Notes under the pieces: generated by a model
What the model was told of the DNA's origin: nothing
What the model saw: the letters and a program-made list of their open reading frames with translations, nothing else
Databases searched by the model: none
Position numbers and translations under genes: made by a program
In this document: in pieces, positions 30,529-40,136 of the stretch
Layout: the number at the start of each line of letters is the position of its first letter
How positions within the stretch are numbered: the first letter of the stretch is position 1
Virus record (IMG/VR): IMGVR_UViG_3300025314_001151
Length of the DNA stretch: 64,000 nucleotides
From: an uncultured virus (IMG/VR IMGVR_UViG_3300025314_001151)
Taxonomy: Duplodnaviria > Heunggongvirae > Uroviricota > Caudoviricetes
Reading direction: 5' to 3' (one strand)

Positions 30529-31125
30529 TTAATCTTTGCTTTCTACTGAAAATCCTATAGTAGTCGATAATCCTTTTATTTTTTTATTTCTATTTTCTTC
30601 TGATGTTATTTTTACCTTATAATCTCCTTCTTCAAGATCTTCTGGACCTATGAAATATGTGGAATATGTATCCCACCAATCATATTTCATACTATGAGGT
30701 GATGGTATCTTATAATATTGTTCTAATATGATATCGTCATTCATATTCTTCCATTCTACTTTTAGCATCATTCCTTTTATGATACTATTAAACATTATCA
30801 AAAGCTTTGGAATATTTCCTATATCAAAATTTTTAGTTTCATCAACTATAGACATGAAGCTTTTGTCCTCGCTAATTGCTTTACCAAGATATATAATACC
30901 ATTTCCCTCTTTAGACCTTTCTGATAATTGTCTTATATATTTGCTATATGAACCATCAATATGACCAATTCCTATACCATGGCCAATTTCAACAAGTCTA
31001 GATTTGGAATCTATATCTTCCATTTTTATATCTCCTCTAAAAAAGGATTTCATTATATTATTATCTTCACTGCCTCTTCGTGACATATTATTTCTCCTGG
31101 TAGTTTGTTTTTGGCTTTTATGCAT
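30529..31125 (-). CDS. Hypothetical protein (possible C-terminal Ig-like fold)
   Basis: ORF on the coding strand; LEEGDYKVKI motif; start uncertain. Confidence 0.55.
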   Translation of the reverse strand: MHKSQKQTTRRNNMSRRGSEDNNIMKSFFRGDIKMEDIDSKSRLVEIGHGIGIGHIDGSYSKYIRQLSERSKEGNGIIYLGKAISEDKSFMSIVDETKNFDIGNIPKLLIMFNSIIKGMMLKVEWKNMNDDIILEQYYKIPSPHSMKYDWWDTYSTYFIGPEDLEEGDYKVKITSEENRNKKIKGLSTTIGFSVESKD

Positions 31126-31681
31126 ATCTTGAATAATCAGGTATCATTGTTACTGTTACGTCAGACCATTCTCCTGGATATACGTTGACTATTTTTGTCT
31201 CTTCTAGATGTCCTGGCATTCTGAATATTACTTGATGAGAACCTTCTGGAATATCGGTAATTGTTACTGGAGTTTTTACAATATTTCCTGATTGGTCTCT
31301 TACAACATTTCCATCCAGATATACATCAGCACCGAATGGTTCTGAGAATATTCTTATTGTCCCTGTATTTTGGGTTATATTTTGGGTTGATAGCCATATT
31401 TGGGGTTCTGGTTCACCCCAACCTTCTTCAGATTTTCCAGGTTCCATATTTCTGAATATGTTAACCGTGACTCCAGGATAAATATCCACGAAACCAGAAA
31501 TGTCCTTGTGACCTTCTAGGACAAATGTAAAGTTTCTGCGGCCCTCGAAAAGAGATACTCTCTCTGGAGTTCGTAATGATTCTTCCGTATCTGGATCTAA
31601 AAGTATCTGACCATCAACATAAATTTTTGCTCCGTGTGGTTGTGTATCAAAGAAAACTATACCCTTTTGTTTTGGTTGCAT
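31118..31681 (-). CDS. PEGA-domain protein (two domains)
   Basis: TQPHGAKIYVDG...TP and SEPFGADVYLDG...TP...G.H motifs. Confidence 0.85.
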   Translation of the reverse strand: MQPKQKGIVFFDTQPHGAKIYVDGQILLDPDTEESLRTPERVSLFEGRRNFTFVLEGHKDISGFVDIYPGVTVNIFRNMEPGKSEEGWGEPEPQIWLSTQNITQNTGTIRIFSEPFGADVYLDGNVVRDQSGNIVKTPVTITDIPEGSHQVIFRMPGHLEETKIVNVYPGEWSDVTVTMIPDYSRYA

Positions 31682-31715
31682 TATGGTATCTCCTTTTGGT
31701 GGTATTTAACTTATC

Positions 31716-31997
31716 TTATTGTCGCTTAGAGATTAATCTCTCCAAACGACCTCCTCTTGGAGTTCTTTCTTCTGGAAGAGCCTTTCTCAATTCACTACAT
31801 TCTATTGAAATTGCAAGTCCTCTTGCACTCCCTCTACCATTTACCAGGCAATATTCTCTTTCTCCTTTATACATACCTCTTGAGATAAGCTGTAAATGAG
31901 TTCCTTCTGTAACTGTTATTCTTGTATGATCTCCACATTCTTGACTCTTCTTGAGTCTTACTGAATCACCAATTTGCATTCCGTCTAATAAGTCCAT
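31716..31997 (-). CDS. Hypothetical protein
   Basis: 93-aa ORF with AAGGA upstream. Confidence 0.55.
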   Translation of the reverse strand: MDLLDGMQIGDSVRLKKSQECGDHTRITVTEGTHLQLISRGMYKGEREYCLVNGRGSARGLAISIECSELRKALPEERTPRGGRLERLISKRQ

Positions 31998-32076
31998 ATT
32001 ATTTTCCTTTCTGAATTCATATTTTCAATAGGTTCATGCTCTGATTGATAATATTTTATATTATCATGATCTTGAT

Positions 32077-32223
32077 TCATATTGGAATTAATTTGGCAAA
32101 AACTTTATTAACCTTGCCAGGAATTATATCAACAAAAATCTTTTTACTATAATATCTATCAATAGATATTTGAATATATAGTTGCACCTTGGGGGTCACT
32201 ATCTATTGATATATCCCCTGGGT
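32077..32223 (-). pseudogene. Internally deleted PEGA-domain remnant abutting the first repeat-like unit
   Basis: PGDISIDSDPQGATIY, then a frame change to DRYYSKKIFVDIIPGKVNKVFAKLIPI*; no in-frame start. Confidence 0.6.
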
Positions 32224-32362
32224 GTTTAATCCTTGTTCTAATGGAAATTTTTATTTTAGCCTAGAAGCTTTTTAATCCTTGTTTTAATGGAAATGATTAT
32301 TTTCACTCATAATCATATTGATTGGAGCCTTAAAATAATGTTAATCCTTGTTATAATGGAAA
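32224..32362 (-). CRISPR. Degenerate CRISPR-repeat-like cluster A (3 units); no cas genes in the window
   Basis: Plus-strand core TTAATCCTTGTT(C/T/A)TAATGGAAAT at 32226, 32272 and 32341; the second interval (69 nt) fits repeat plus spacer. Confidence 0.6.
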
Positions 32363-32428
32363 TTTAGAAATCATGATATGAGACACGAATTATTTAATCA
32401 TTATTTATTCTAAACATATTTATTTTGT

Positions 32429-32665
32429 TCAACATATGTTGAAGTTGCGGAATATATTTACATTTTGATCTTCCATGATATATTCACCGTCAAACTCTTC
32501 ACAATATCCAGATAGGGTCAATTTTATATCATGATATCCAACAATAATCGTCAGCTTTGCTGGAGTTAGTCCAGGTTCTCCTTTCTCGTCCAGTACTAAC
32601 GTGTCATCAATGTACATCTTAGCCCCAGCAGGATACGTCCTTATGGTTAAATAGCCAGTTTTCAT
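32429..32665 (-). CDS. Single PEGA-domain protein between the two repeat clusters
   Basis: TYPAGAKMYIDD...TP...GYHDIKLTLSGY; SD AGGTGA. Confidence 0.85.
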   Translation of the reverse strand: MKTGYLTIRTYPAGAKMYIDDTLVLDEKGEPGLTPAKLTIIVGYHDIKLTLSGYCEEFDGEYIMEDQNVNIFRNFNIC

Positions 32666-32688
32666 ATTGTCACCTAATCATTAAAAAT

Positions 32689-32991
32689 TTTTTAATCCTT
32701 GTTCTAATGGAAGTTGTTAATCGTGTAATCCATGGTTATCACAGATGGTATTCACGAAATTCAAATATCTCTTGATAGAAATTTTTTAATCCTTGTTCTA
32801 TTGGAATTGTATTATTTTCTTGTTGGTGCGAAGATTTATATAGACAAATATAACACTTCCATTATAACAGGATTAAGACACTAATTCATTAATCCTTGTT
32901 CTATTGGAATTGTATTATTTTCTTGTTGGGTCTTAATCCTTGTTATAAATGGATTAAGTGATATCCGTTTTAATCCTCGTTCTAATGGAAA
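32689..32991 (-). CRISPR. Degenerate CRISPR-repeat-like cluster B (6 units, one inverted)
   Basis: Core at 32692, 32786, 32889, 32933 and 32970; inverted copy 32855..32879; 32786..32826 and 32889..32929 are identical 41-mers. Confidence 0.6.
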
Positions 32992-33218
32992 TTGGATGAC
33001 AATATTTATTGTTTTCATGTGTATTCTCTTATCTTTGTCATCATTACTTCTCATTGCTCACATAACGTATATTTACATACTATATATGACGCTAAAGTAT
33101 ATAAATATCATATAGACGAATTGCTATGATATCTAAATGGTAATATAGACATATCTCGACATTGTATATATTTTATGCACAGACCCAGATACAATCAGTC
33201 TATTATCTCAGTCTGTTA

Positions 33219-33494
33219 TCATTTGATCTCGTCATCTTTATTCTTCGATATTGTCAATTTTGCTATAAAATCATTCAAAGAACCGTTTTTCTTTAGTTCT
33301 TTATATTCTATAGAACAAGCTTTTGTTCTATCACCTAATGGAGTTCCTTCTGGTTGTCTTTTACTACAATCTGAAAGGAATATGCTCCATGTGTTCTTTC
33401 TTGTTGTCTTTTTAGGCATATCTGTTTGAGCAAAAGAAATTTTTGATAATTCTTCTTTCACGATAGATCTGACACATTCTTCATCGCATGTCAT
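33219..33494 (-). CDS. Small basic protein, possible HMG-box/YABBY-like nucleic-acid binder
   Basis: PKKTTRKNTWSIFLSDC...KACSIEYKELK pattern. Confidence 0.45.
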   Translation of the reverse strand: MTCDEECVRSIVKEELSKISFAQTDMPKKTTRKNTWSIFLSDCSKRQPEGTPLGDRTKACSIEYKELKKNGSLNDFIAKLTISKNKDDEIK

Positions 33495-33510
33495 GCATAC
33501 ATTTCAATTA

Positions 33511-33810
33511 TTACATGAATCCTGCTCTAGAAGCAGGCATTTGTCCACCTGGAATTGGTTGTATCATAAGACGTCTTTCCAATAATATATCTGATCCGCA
33601 ATATATATATTCATGTTCCCAATCTTCATGATATCCAGATAATATCAATTGGAATCTGTGCATTCCTTCAGTCAATGTCAATTTTGTTGGGGTTACAATA
33701 GGATTTCCTGTATTATCTGTAACCAGTATACTATCTACATATATCATTGCACCAGGCGGTTCTGTCCTGATTGTTATGTCACCTGTACCGTCGTTCATAT
33801 ATAATTTCAC
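33511..33810 (-). CDS. Single PEGA-domain protein
   Basis: TEPPGAMIYVD...TP...EGMHRFQLILSGY. Confidence 0.85.
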   Translation of the reverse strand: MKLYMNDGTGDITIRTEPPGAMIYVDSILVTDNTGNPIVTPTKLTLTEGMHRFQLILSGYHEDWEHEYIYCGSDILLERRLMIQPIPGGQMPASRAGFM

Positions 33811-33849
33811 CTCTAATTTATTGTCCTTATTTGTTATCTTTATTTATTT

Positions 33850-34380
33850 TTATTTCACTTTTATCTTTTTGAAATAATGATCTCGATAATGATGCGCAGC
33901 ATCAACCAATTTCTTTTCTAAATATTCTCCTTTTCCAGCTAATATATCTCCAAATGTCATCTTTTCTAGAGGCTTCTCATAAGTCTCAATTATATTTCTA
34001 ATATTAGGAATAACTGTAGGATCTGGAACTTCACCTTTTCGAACAAAGCATTTTATTTCATTATCTTCTACTGATCCGATGCATCCCAATCCTGTTTCAT
34101 ATGTAGTTATCATATCTTGAAAAGATGGATTGGCACCCATTACTGGATGAATATGATAATCTCCAACCAGTATTTCGTCAAGTCTTCCACAAGTTCTTTT
34201 GAGTCTTATGCTACATTCATCTCCAGCACAATGTGTCCTATCTATTATGATATCACTTCCAGGTTTTCTGCATAGATTGAATCCATATTCTATACCTGTC
34301 TTTTCTGATTCCCTAAGTTTATCTTCCATTTTTCTTATAACATCGTTAGGAAGAGTAAATGAATTTAGTTTGATTGTCAT
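33850..34380 (-). CDS. JAB/MPN+ (JAMM)-like metalloprotein
   Basis: E (IEYGF)...YHIHP...PSFQD, i.e. E-x(n)-HxH-x7-S-x2-D spacing. Confidence 0.7.
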   Translation of the reverse strand: MTIKLNSFTLPNDVIRKMEDKLRESEKTGIEYGFNLCRKPGSDIIIDRTHCAGDECSIRLKRTCGRLDEILVGDYHIHPVMGANPSFQDMITTYETGLGCIGSVEDNEIKCFVRKGEVPDPTVIPNIRNIIETYEKPLEKMTFGDILAGKGEYLEKKLVDAAHHYRDHYFKKIKVK

Positions 34381-34397
34381 TATACTTTTCTGGTTAA

Positions 34398-36376
34398 CTA
34401 TACTTTTCTGGTTATATTAAAATCACAATCTATTATTGGACATCCAAACTGTAAATTATATGGAATGTCTAATTTTTGACTACCGTCAATATAAGCAGGA
34501 ATACCTGCTCCTTCTAATGCTATATTCTTTATACCTATTTTAATAATTATGTAACGTTTGTCATATATTACTTGTTTTAAAAATGTTTGATATAGTCCAG
34601 TATTTGGATTGACGTTTGCGACAGTTGAAACCCCACCAGGAGTTATTTCTGTTCGTGCAGTCGACATTAGAACCATGGAGAATGCATTTCTTATAACTTG
34701 TCCATCTACGTTATGTACATAACCTGATACTACTTGTCCAACAACAGATTCGAGCCATGTGCCAAACATATAATACATTCTAGCAATCAGTTGTTTGCCA
34801 GTAGGTTGTTCAGGGAAATAATTTCCTCCTGCACAAGGAGGTACAGGATATCCAGGGGTTGTTCTTGGACATAAACTTATATACGGAAATGATCTTGGTA
34901 TGTGTTCTTTACCAGTTGGTTGTTCAGGGAAAAAATCTCCACCTGTACAAGGAGGTACTGGGAATCCTGGAGTCATTCTTGGACAAATTGTATTCAATGG
35001 TATTGGAACTCGTATATTTGGATTTGCTAATACATCAGGATATCTTGAGCTATGTTCATATATTAATATTTTTGGAATTATTCTTATGATCATGTACAAT
35101 GTCGTATCATATAGAATTGGTGTATCCCTTCCATCACTTTGAAGATATAATTTCCATTTGTAATAATATCCTGTGAGACCAAGTGGTAATGGAGTAGATA
35201 TTTTCTGTCCTATTCCTTCGAAAAATGTCGATGTTGTACCATTTGGACCTATCCAATCACTCCATGTAGAACCATTGTCACTAAATGACAATTGTAAAAA
35301 TGTTTCTGTACCAATAGGAATATTCGATACTATGTCGACACTGTCATATTTATTTATATTTGACATCCATACTGGATAATTTAATTCTGCAGTTCCAAAT
35401 TCTTGATATCTTTCTATTTTTATGTTAGATATCTGAGCATGCCATGTGGTCGATGTAGAAGTGGTGTAATTAGACTTACATCGTAATCTAAATTCCCATG
35501 AAAGAGATTTAAATGATACCACTTGATTTGCTGCTATACCTGTAGATGTTCTACTCCATACAACAGTGCCATTGATGTCAAGCAATTCTAATATAAAATA
35601 TGTTGTGTTAAATTCTACATCATAGTCAAATGTCAGTTTATAAAATCCTACATATTCATATTGTGAATCAATTGGATTCCATTTCCACTTAAGTATTGTA
35701 GACTGCTCACTGGGAGACAAATATAAATAAGATGTACTGGGCTTCAGGTCTATTCTTAGTTTTTTGGTTGTATTATTTTTTGTTACAGTTGAAATTGGTT
35801 GCATGAATCCAAAGTCATATACATTGTTTTCGTAATCTGGTTCTATGACTTCTGTTGGAAGAGATAATTGTGCATCAGGATATCCAGATACAGTTACATT
35901 GTCTCTTATCGCATTGTTGAAATCTTCCCATGATGAGAATTTTCTTGAAAAATTCATCACATCTTTTATAGGTTCTGTATCTATCCATGGTTGGTCGGTG
36001 TACTTCTAGTCATACTGTATGGGATTCTTCCAAGACCCTCATTCCAACTTTCTAGATTGAACTTATCTCCAGCTGAACCTCCGATTACTGTTACAGCTGT
36101 TACATCTCTTATACCTGAATCTCCAGAATTAAGAACGATCTGAAAATGAGAACCCGCAGTTCCTCCATTTGTTGCAGTAGGAATACTCGTAGTTACAATA
36201 GTCGTCTTAGTATTTCCAAATTGGTCAACATATGAAATGCCAATATCCATGGGAATAGGGCCAACATTTATAGTTGGTACTACAAATACTCTTAATCCAC
36301 CTGTTGGAATAGATTCTCCGTCAGTATAGCCAATACCAACTTCATAGCTACCAAATACGACTGTTGGAAATGTCAT
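34398..36376 (-). CDS. Large putative structural protein split by one frameshift into 35981..36376 and 34398..35960
   Basis: The downstream frame is open through DQPWIDTEPIKDVMNFS across the upstream stop; SDNGSTWSDW motif; duplicated CPR.TPG.PVPPC.GG..FPEQPTGK. Confidence 0.6.
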
Positions 36377-36452
36377 AAATATTTATCTGATAATGGAAAA
36401 AATGAATTACTGTCGAATTGTTCAATGTGTTTTTGTTCAATGTGTTTTTGTT

Positions 36453-36601
36453 ATCTATGCAACATATTTCATTGCTATCGGAATCTATGCAACATATTTC
36501 ATTGCTATCGGAATCTATGCAACATATTTCATTGCTATCGGAATCTATGCAACATATTTCATTGCTATCGGAATCTATGCAACATATTTCATTGCTATCG
36601 G
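36453..36601. repeat. 30-nt tandem repeat x5 made from the last codons and stop of 36575..37552
   Basis: Unit ATCTATGCAACATATTTCATTGCTATCGGA; an adjacent 15-nt x2 repeat lies at 36418..36452. Confidence 0.95.
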
Positions 36602-37552
36602 TAATCTATATGTGACATCTGGACTATCCAAAGCTTTGCACAAGTATTTTGTTGTCGCTCCTTCAAGTGCTATAACGTCGCCATCTACAAGTCCAATACC
36701 TTCTGCATACAAGAAGAATAAATCACTTTGGAATATTGGAGATCTCTCATCAGAAGTATTTGATATTATCGGTTTTATGTAATATACCTTACCATTTCCT
36801 GAACTCTTGAATGCGTAATATGGAACTTGTGGAAATATTATTCCTGTCATTTCCATAGAATATGTATCTATTCCAAGATTGCCTGTTTGATATAGGAACG
36901 GTCTCATAAAGTTATTTGCTGGATAGTTACCATCATATGTATAGTTTAGATATGATGATAAGTTATAACAGAAGAAATTCGTTGCTCCATCTGCATATTC
37001 CTTATTTGGACTTCTCTCAAGTACAACAACAAATGAGCCTTGCCTATTGTCATTTCCATAAGGTTCTGGCTTGCCTGTTATGACGAATCCATTACTTTCT
37101 ACCCATAGATAATATGTTATTTGTAATATTGCCATATCTGCAGGAGTATCATATGGATCGTTATATGCTGCATATTGGCCCTCGAATTCTACAAAAGTTC
37201 TATATGTAGTGGATGATGGGACGTGAGTTATACTGTCCCAACTAGCAGAGAATCCAACTCTCAATCCTTTAGTATATCTTCCATTCCAATTGCTACCTCC
37301 ACTATAATACGCAAATACACCATTTGTATTGATTGCCTCAAGAGTAATATACATCTCTTCTGTTCCGTTCAGATATCTCAGAGCTCTTCTTGCATTATTC
37401 AGTGTCTTGTCTGTTGTATTCCAAGTTGTATCTGCATCTGACCATTTTGGTAAACCATCTATTAGATCTGAAGTAGCTATCAGTCCATTTGCCATTTCAT
37501 CTATTATATTTGCTAATATTTTGGCTCCTGTTGTGAATCCCATTTTTATCAC
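36575..37552 (-). CDS. Putative virion structural protein
   Basis: 325-aa beta-rich Tyr/Gly-rich ORF; probable start MGFTTG after SD AGGTGA. Confidence 0.6.
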   Translation of the reverse strand: MIKMGFTTGAKILANIIDEMANGLIATSDLIDGLPKWSDADTTWNTTDKTLNNARRALRYLNGTEEMYITLEAINTNGVFAYYSGGSNWNGRYTKGLRVGFSASWDSITHVPSSTTYRTFVEFEGQYAAYNDPYDTPADMAILQITYYLWVESNGFVITGKPEPYGNDNRQGSFVVVLERSPNKEYADGATNFFCYNLSSYLNYTYDGNYPANNFMRPFLYQTGNLGIDTYSMEMTGIIFPQVPYYAFKSSGNGKVYYIKPIISNTSDERSPIFQSDLFFLYAEGIGLVDGDVIALEGATTKYLCKALDSPDVTYRLPIAMKYVA

Positions 37553-37584
37553 CTTTATTAATTAATCATTTTCTTATAATATAA

Positions 37585-37695
37585 TTATTTTAAGTATAAT
37601 CTTTCTTGGTCAATGTCACTACAACCTTAATTAGTTATTTTAAATTAGTTATTTTAGTTATTTTACAGTATAATCTTTCTTGGTCAATGTCACTA
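37585..37695. repeat. Direct duplication of the last 38 nt (including stop) of 37658..39499, plus short TTAGTTATTTT repeats
   Basis: TTATTTTA(C)AGTATAATCTTTCTTGGTCAATGTCACTA at 37585 and 37658. Confidence 0.85.
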
Positions 37696-39499
37696 TTCGA
37701 CCTTTTGAAGACGAAACAATTTCTTTTATCTCTTTCAACTCCTTATACTTTCCTGCATGGAACATTCCGATGCCAATACCTAATACTAGCCACCACGGGA
37801 ACTCTAATCCAACCATAATTACTTTTGGTATCAATGTTATATTAATTGATATAGTTTGCCCAGCTATAGCATTGATCATAGTAGTATAGTCATTATAGCC
37901 AGTTTTCTTTAATACTATAGTATATACATTTGGCTCTAAATTATCGATTGTTGTTGGAGTCTTTATTGAATATAATGTATTGTCAATATATATGTCTGCA
38001 TCTTGAGGAATGCTCGATATACCGATACTACCTTCAGTCGGAGATACTATAGACATGTCGACATATACATATGATGTCACTCCTCCTATGACATTTATAG
38101 TTCCTGTTGCATTATTACGTCCAGGATATCTAAGAGTAAATGTATGAGATCCAATAGGAATGTCTGTTATTGTTGTAGGTGTAAATTTACCTATTTGCTC
38201 TTGATTATCTATAAATATGGATGCTCCATCAGGAGTTGTTGTAAAATTGACATTTCCTGTAAGAATTGGGGCTTGCATTAGTGATACGTTTAAATATGTC
38301 GTCTGGCCAGCTATTATATTGATTGTTGTTGCATAATCTACATAGTCTGATAATTTGAGAGTAATATTGTAATTTGTTGGAGATAGGTCAGTTATAGTTG
38401 CAGGAGTTATTAATGGTTGACTATTTGTATCAAGTTGTCGAACTCCATCTATCCATATTTCAGCTCCTGTTGGTATACTCGATATGCTAATACCACCTGT
38501 TGTCGGATCTATTGTAGAAAGTGCTGAATATACATATGTAGTCATTCCTGTTGTTATGCTAAATGGACCTGTTGTACTATTATAACCTGTCAGATTTAGA
38601 GTAAAAGTATGATCTCCTGGAGATATGTTTATGACTGTTGCATTGGTATATCGTCCTGTCGATTGTCCATCTACGAATATTTCAGCACCAGTAGGAGTAC
38701 TCGCTATGCTAAGTTTTCCAGTAGTCTCTGTTGGTATTGCTACAGATAGAGCTTTGCATATGGTTTCTGCACATACAGTATAAATACCATTTGATAGACC
38801 TGTTATTGTTATTGGTACATCATATGTCATTGTACCAGGAGGAACAGTTACAGTCCTTTCATCAATGACTAATGTTGCAGCGTTTGTCAAAGTTGTTTGT
38901 ATAGTTTTATCTTCTGTAAATGTTCCAGTATTTTGTACACCGATTGTAGCAATTATTGGATTTCCAGTACTAATATTTGTATCTAGAGTTATAGATTGAA
39001 CATTGACTCGCGATTCTACAAAAAGTACTGTACATATATTATCGGCACATACGTTTATTGTTCCAGCAGTTGTTACCTGTCTGAATACATCAAACGATAC
39101 CTCTTGATTTGGATCTAATGTGGCATTAAAAGTTCCTACAACGTCATCATTGAATTTTACTACTATTGTACCTGTGCCAAAAATAGAACTTAAGTTTTGA
39201 GCTATCACCGTTACTGTTATTATATCTCCAACTTTTGCTGTGTACTTGCTCAATAAGATGGACCTAACAGTTATTGATGATTGAACTATATCAACTGTAT
39301 GAGAAACTGATAAACATGCTCCACAAAAATCTCTTGCACCATGAACTATTGTATATGTTCCAGGAAGCGCATATATATGAATCGGAGCAGGATCAGAAGA
39401 TATTGGGGTCCCATCTCCAAAGTCCCAGGTATGAGTAAGATCCGTACCTAGAGTGTTGAATTGTAGTTCCTGCCATATTCCATATATATAATCAGACAT
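37658..39499 (-). CDS. PKD + two CARDB-like + four PEGA domains, with C-terminal TM
   Basis: WDFGDG...HIYALPGTY; four S/TxPxGAxI units; FPWWLVLGIGIG. Confidence 0.85.
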   Translation of the reverse strand: MSDYIYGIWQELQFNTLGTDLTHTWDFGDGTPISSDPAPIHIYALPGTYTIVHGARDFCGACLSVSHTVDIVQSSITVRSILLSKYTAKVGDIITVTVIAQNLSSIFGTGTIVVKFNDDVVGTFNATLDPNQEVSFDVFRQVTTAGTINVCADNICTVLFVESRVNVQSITLDTNISTGNPIIATIGVQNTGTFTEDKTIQTTLTNAATLVIDERTVTVPPGTMTYDVPITITGLSNGIYTVCAETICKALSVAIPTETTGKLSIASTPTGAEIFVDGQSTGRYTNATVINISPGDHTFTLNLTGYNSTTGPFSITTGMTTYVYSALSTIDPTTGGISISSIPTGAEIWIDGVRQLDTNSQPLITPATITDLSPTNYNITLKLSDYVDYATTINIIAGQTTYLNVSLMQAPILTGNVNFTTTPDGASIFIDNQEQIGKFTPTTITDIPIGSHTFTLRYPGRNNATGTINVIGGVTSYVYVDMSIVSPTEGSIGISSIPQDADIYIDNTLYSIKTPTTIDNLEPNVYTIVLKKTGYNDYTTMINAIAGQTISINITLIPKVIMVGLEFPWWLVLGIGIGMFHAGKYKELKEIKEIVSSSKGRIVTLTKKDYTVK

Positions 39500-39511
39500 T
39501 TGTTGCCTCTT

Positions 39512-39820
39512 CTATTTTTGTACAGGTTTTTCATTTAGCAATATATTATCTTTATATATATTTCCAATGACATATCCCTGTTGTACGGTAAATAGACCTG
39601 ATGATTTGACAGTTGGTTTGTTATCTAATCTATTTGACATTTTGTCCTGTGTTTTTATGTCATTTTGATTTTGTGACAATAGTTCCATTAGTTTATCTTG
39701 TAAATCTTTTGGAAATTTCTCTCTTATCTCTTCTGGCAATTTGTTAATATCTATTATAATAATTGCGCCTTGTATTGTATTGTCTTGAGGGCTATTTGTC
39801 ATATTGTTCATATTGTTCAT
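39512..39820 (-). CDS. Hypothetical protein
   Basis: 102-aa ORF on the coding strand. Confidence 0.5.
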   Translation of the reverse strand: MNNMNNMTNSPQDNTIQGAIIIIDINKLPEEIREKFPKDLQDKLMELLSQNQNDIKTQDKMSNRLDNKPTVKSSGLFTVQQGYVIGNIYKDNILLNEKPVQK

Positions 39821-39833
39821 AATGTAATATTCT

Positions 39834-40082
39834 TTATGTCTTTATAATAAAGTTTGTTGTCGATCCGTTTCCTGCGCCATATACAGTCATTATAACTGAG
39901 AACAATGTTGCATATTTCATTCTACTGAATGGTAAAAGGAACGGCTTCTGCAGTTGATGGAGTCTGCCGGTTGCAGTAGTCGAACTTGTTGCTGTTAATA
40001 CCTGTAAACTATCGTGACCAGTTGATACAGTTACTTTTCCAAAATTGGTTACTGGATCTAATAAATTTTTAGAATGTTCCAT
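39834..40082 (-). pseudogene. Multiply deleted third copy of the LLDPVTNFGKV fibre gene
   Basis: Head MEH...LLDPVTNFGKVTVSTG joined directly to QVLTATSSTTAT, then a collar-like end NFIIKT. Confidence 0.75.
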
Positions 40083-40136
40083 ATATTATCTCATAATGGT
40101 TCATTATTTTTAATATTTGGCAAATCACGCCAGGAA

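Noticed and set aside
32224..32991. A canonical active CRISPR array
   Set aside because: Irregular spacing, divergent repeats, an inverted unit, an internal gene and no cas genes; reported only as repeat-like.
36393..36782. Repeat-encoded ORFs (IYATYFIAIG / SMQHISLLSE) and a CRISPR reading of the 30-nt repeat
   Set aside because: The units are contiguous with no spacers and derive from the 3' end of the minus-strand gene.
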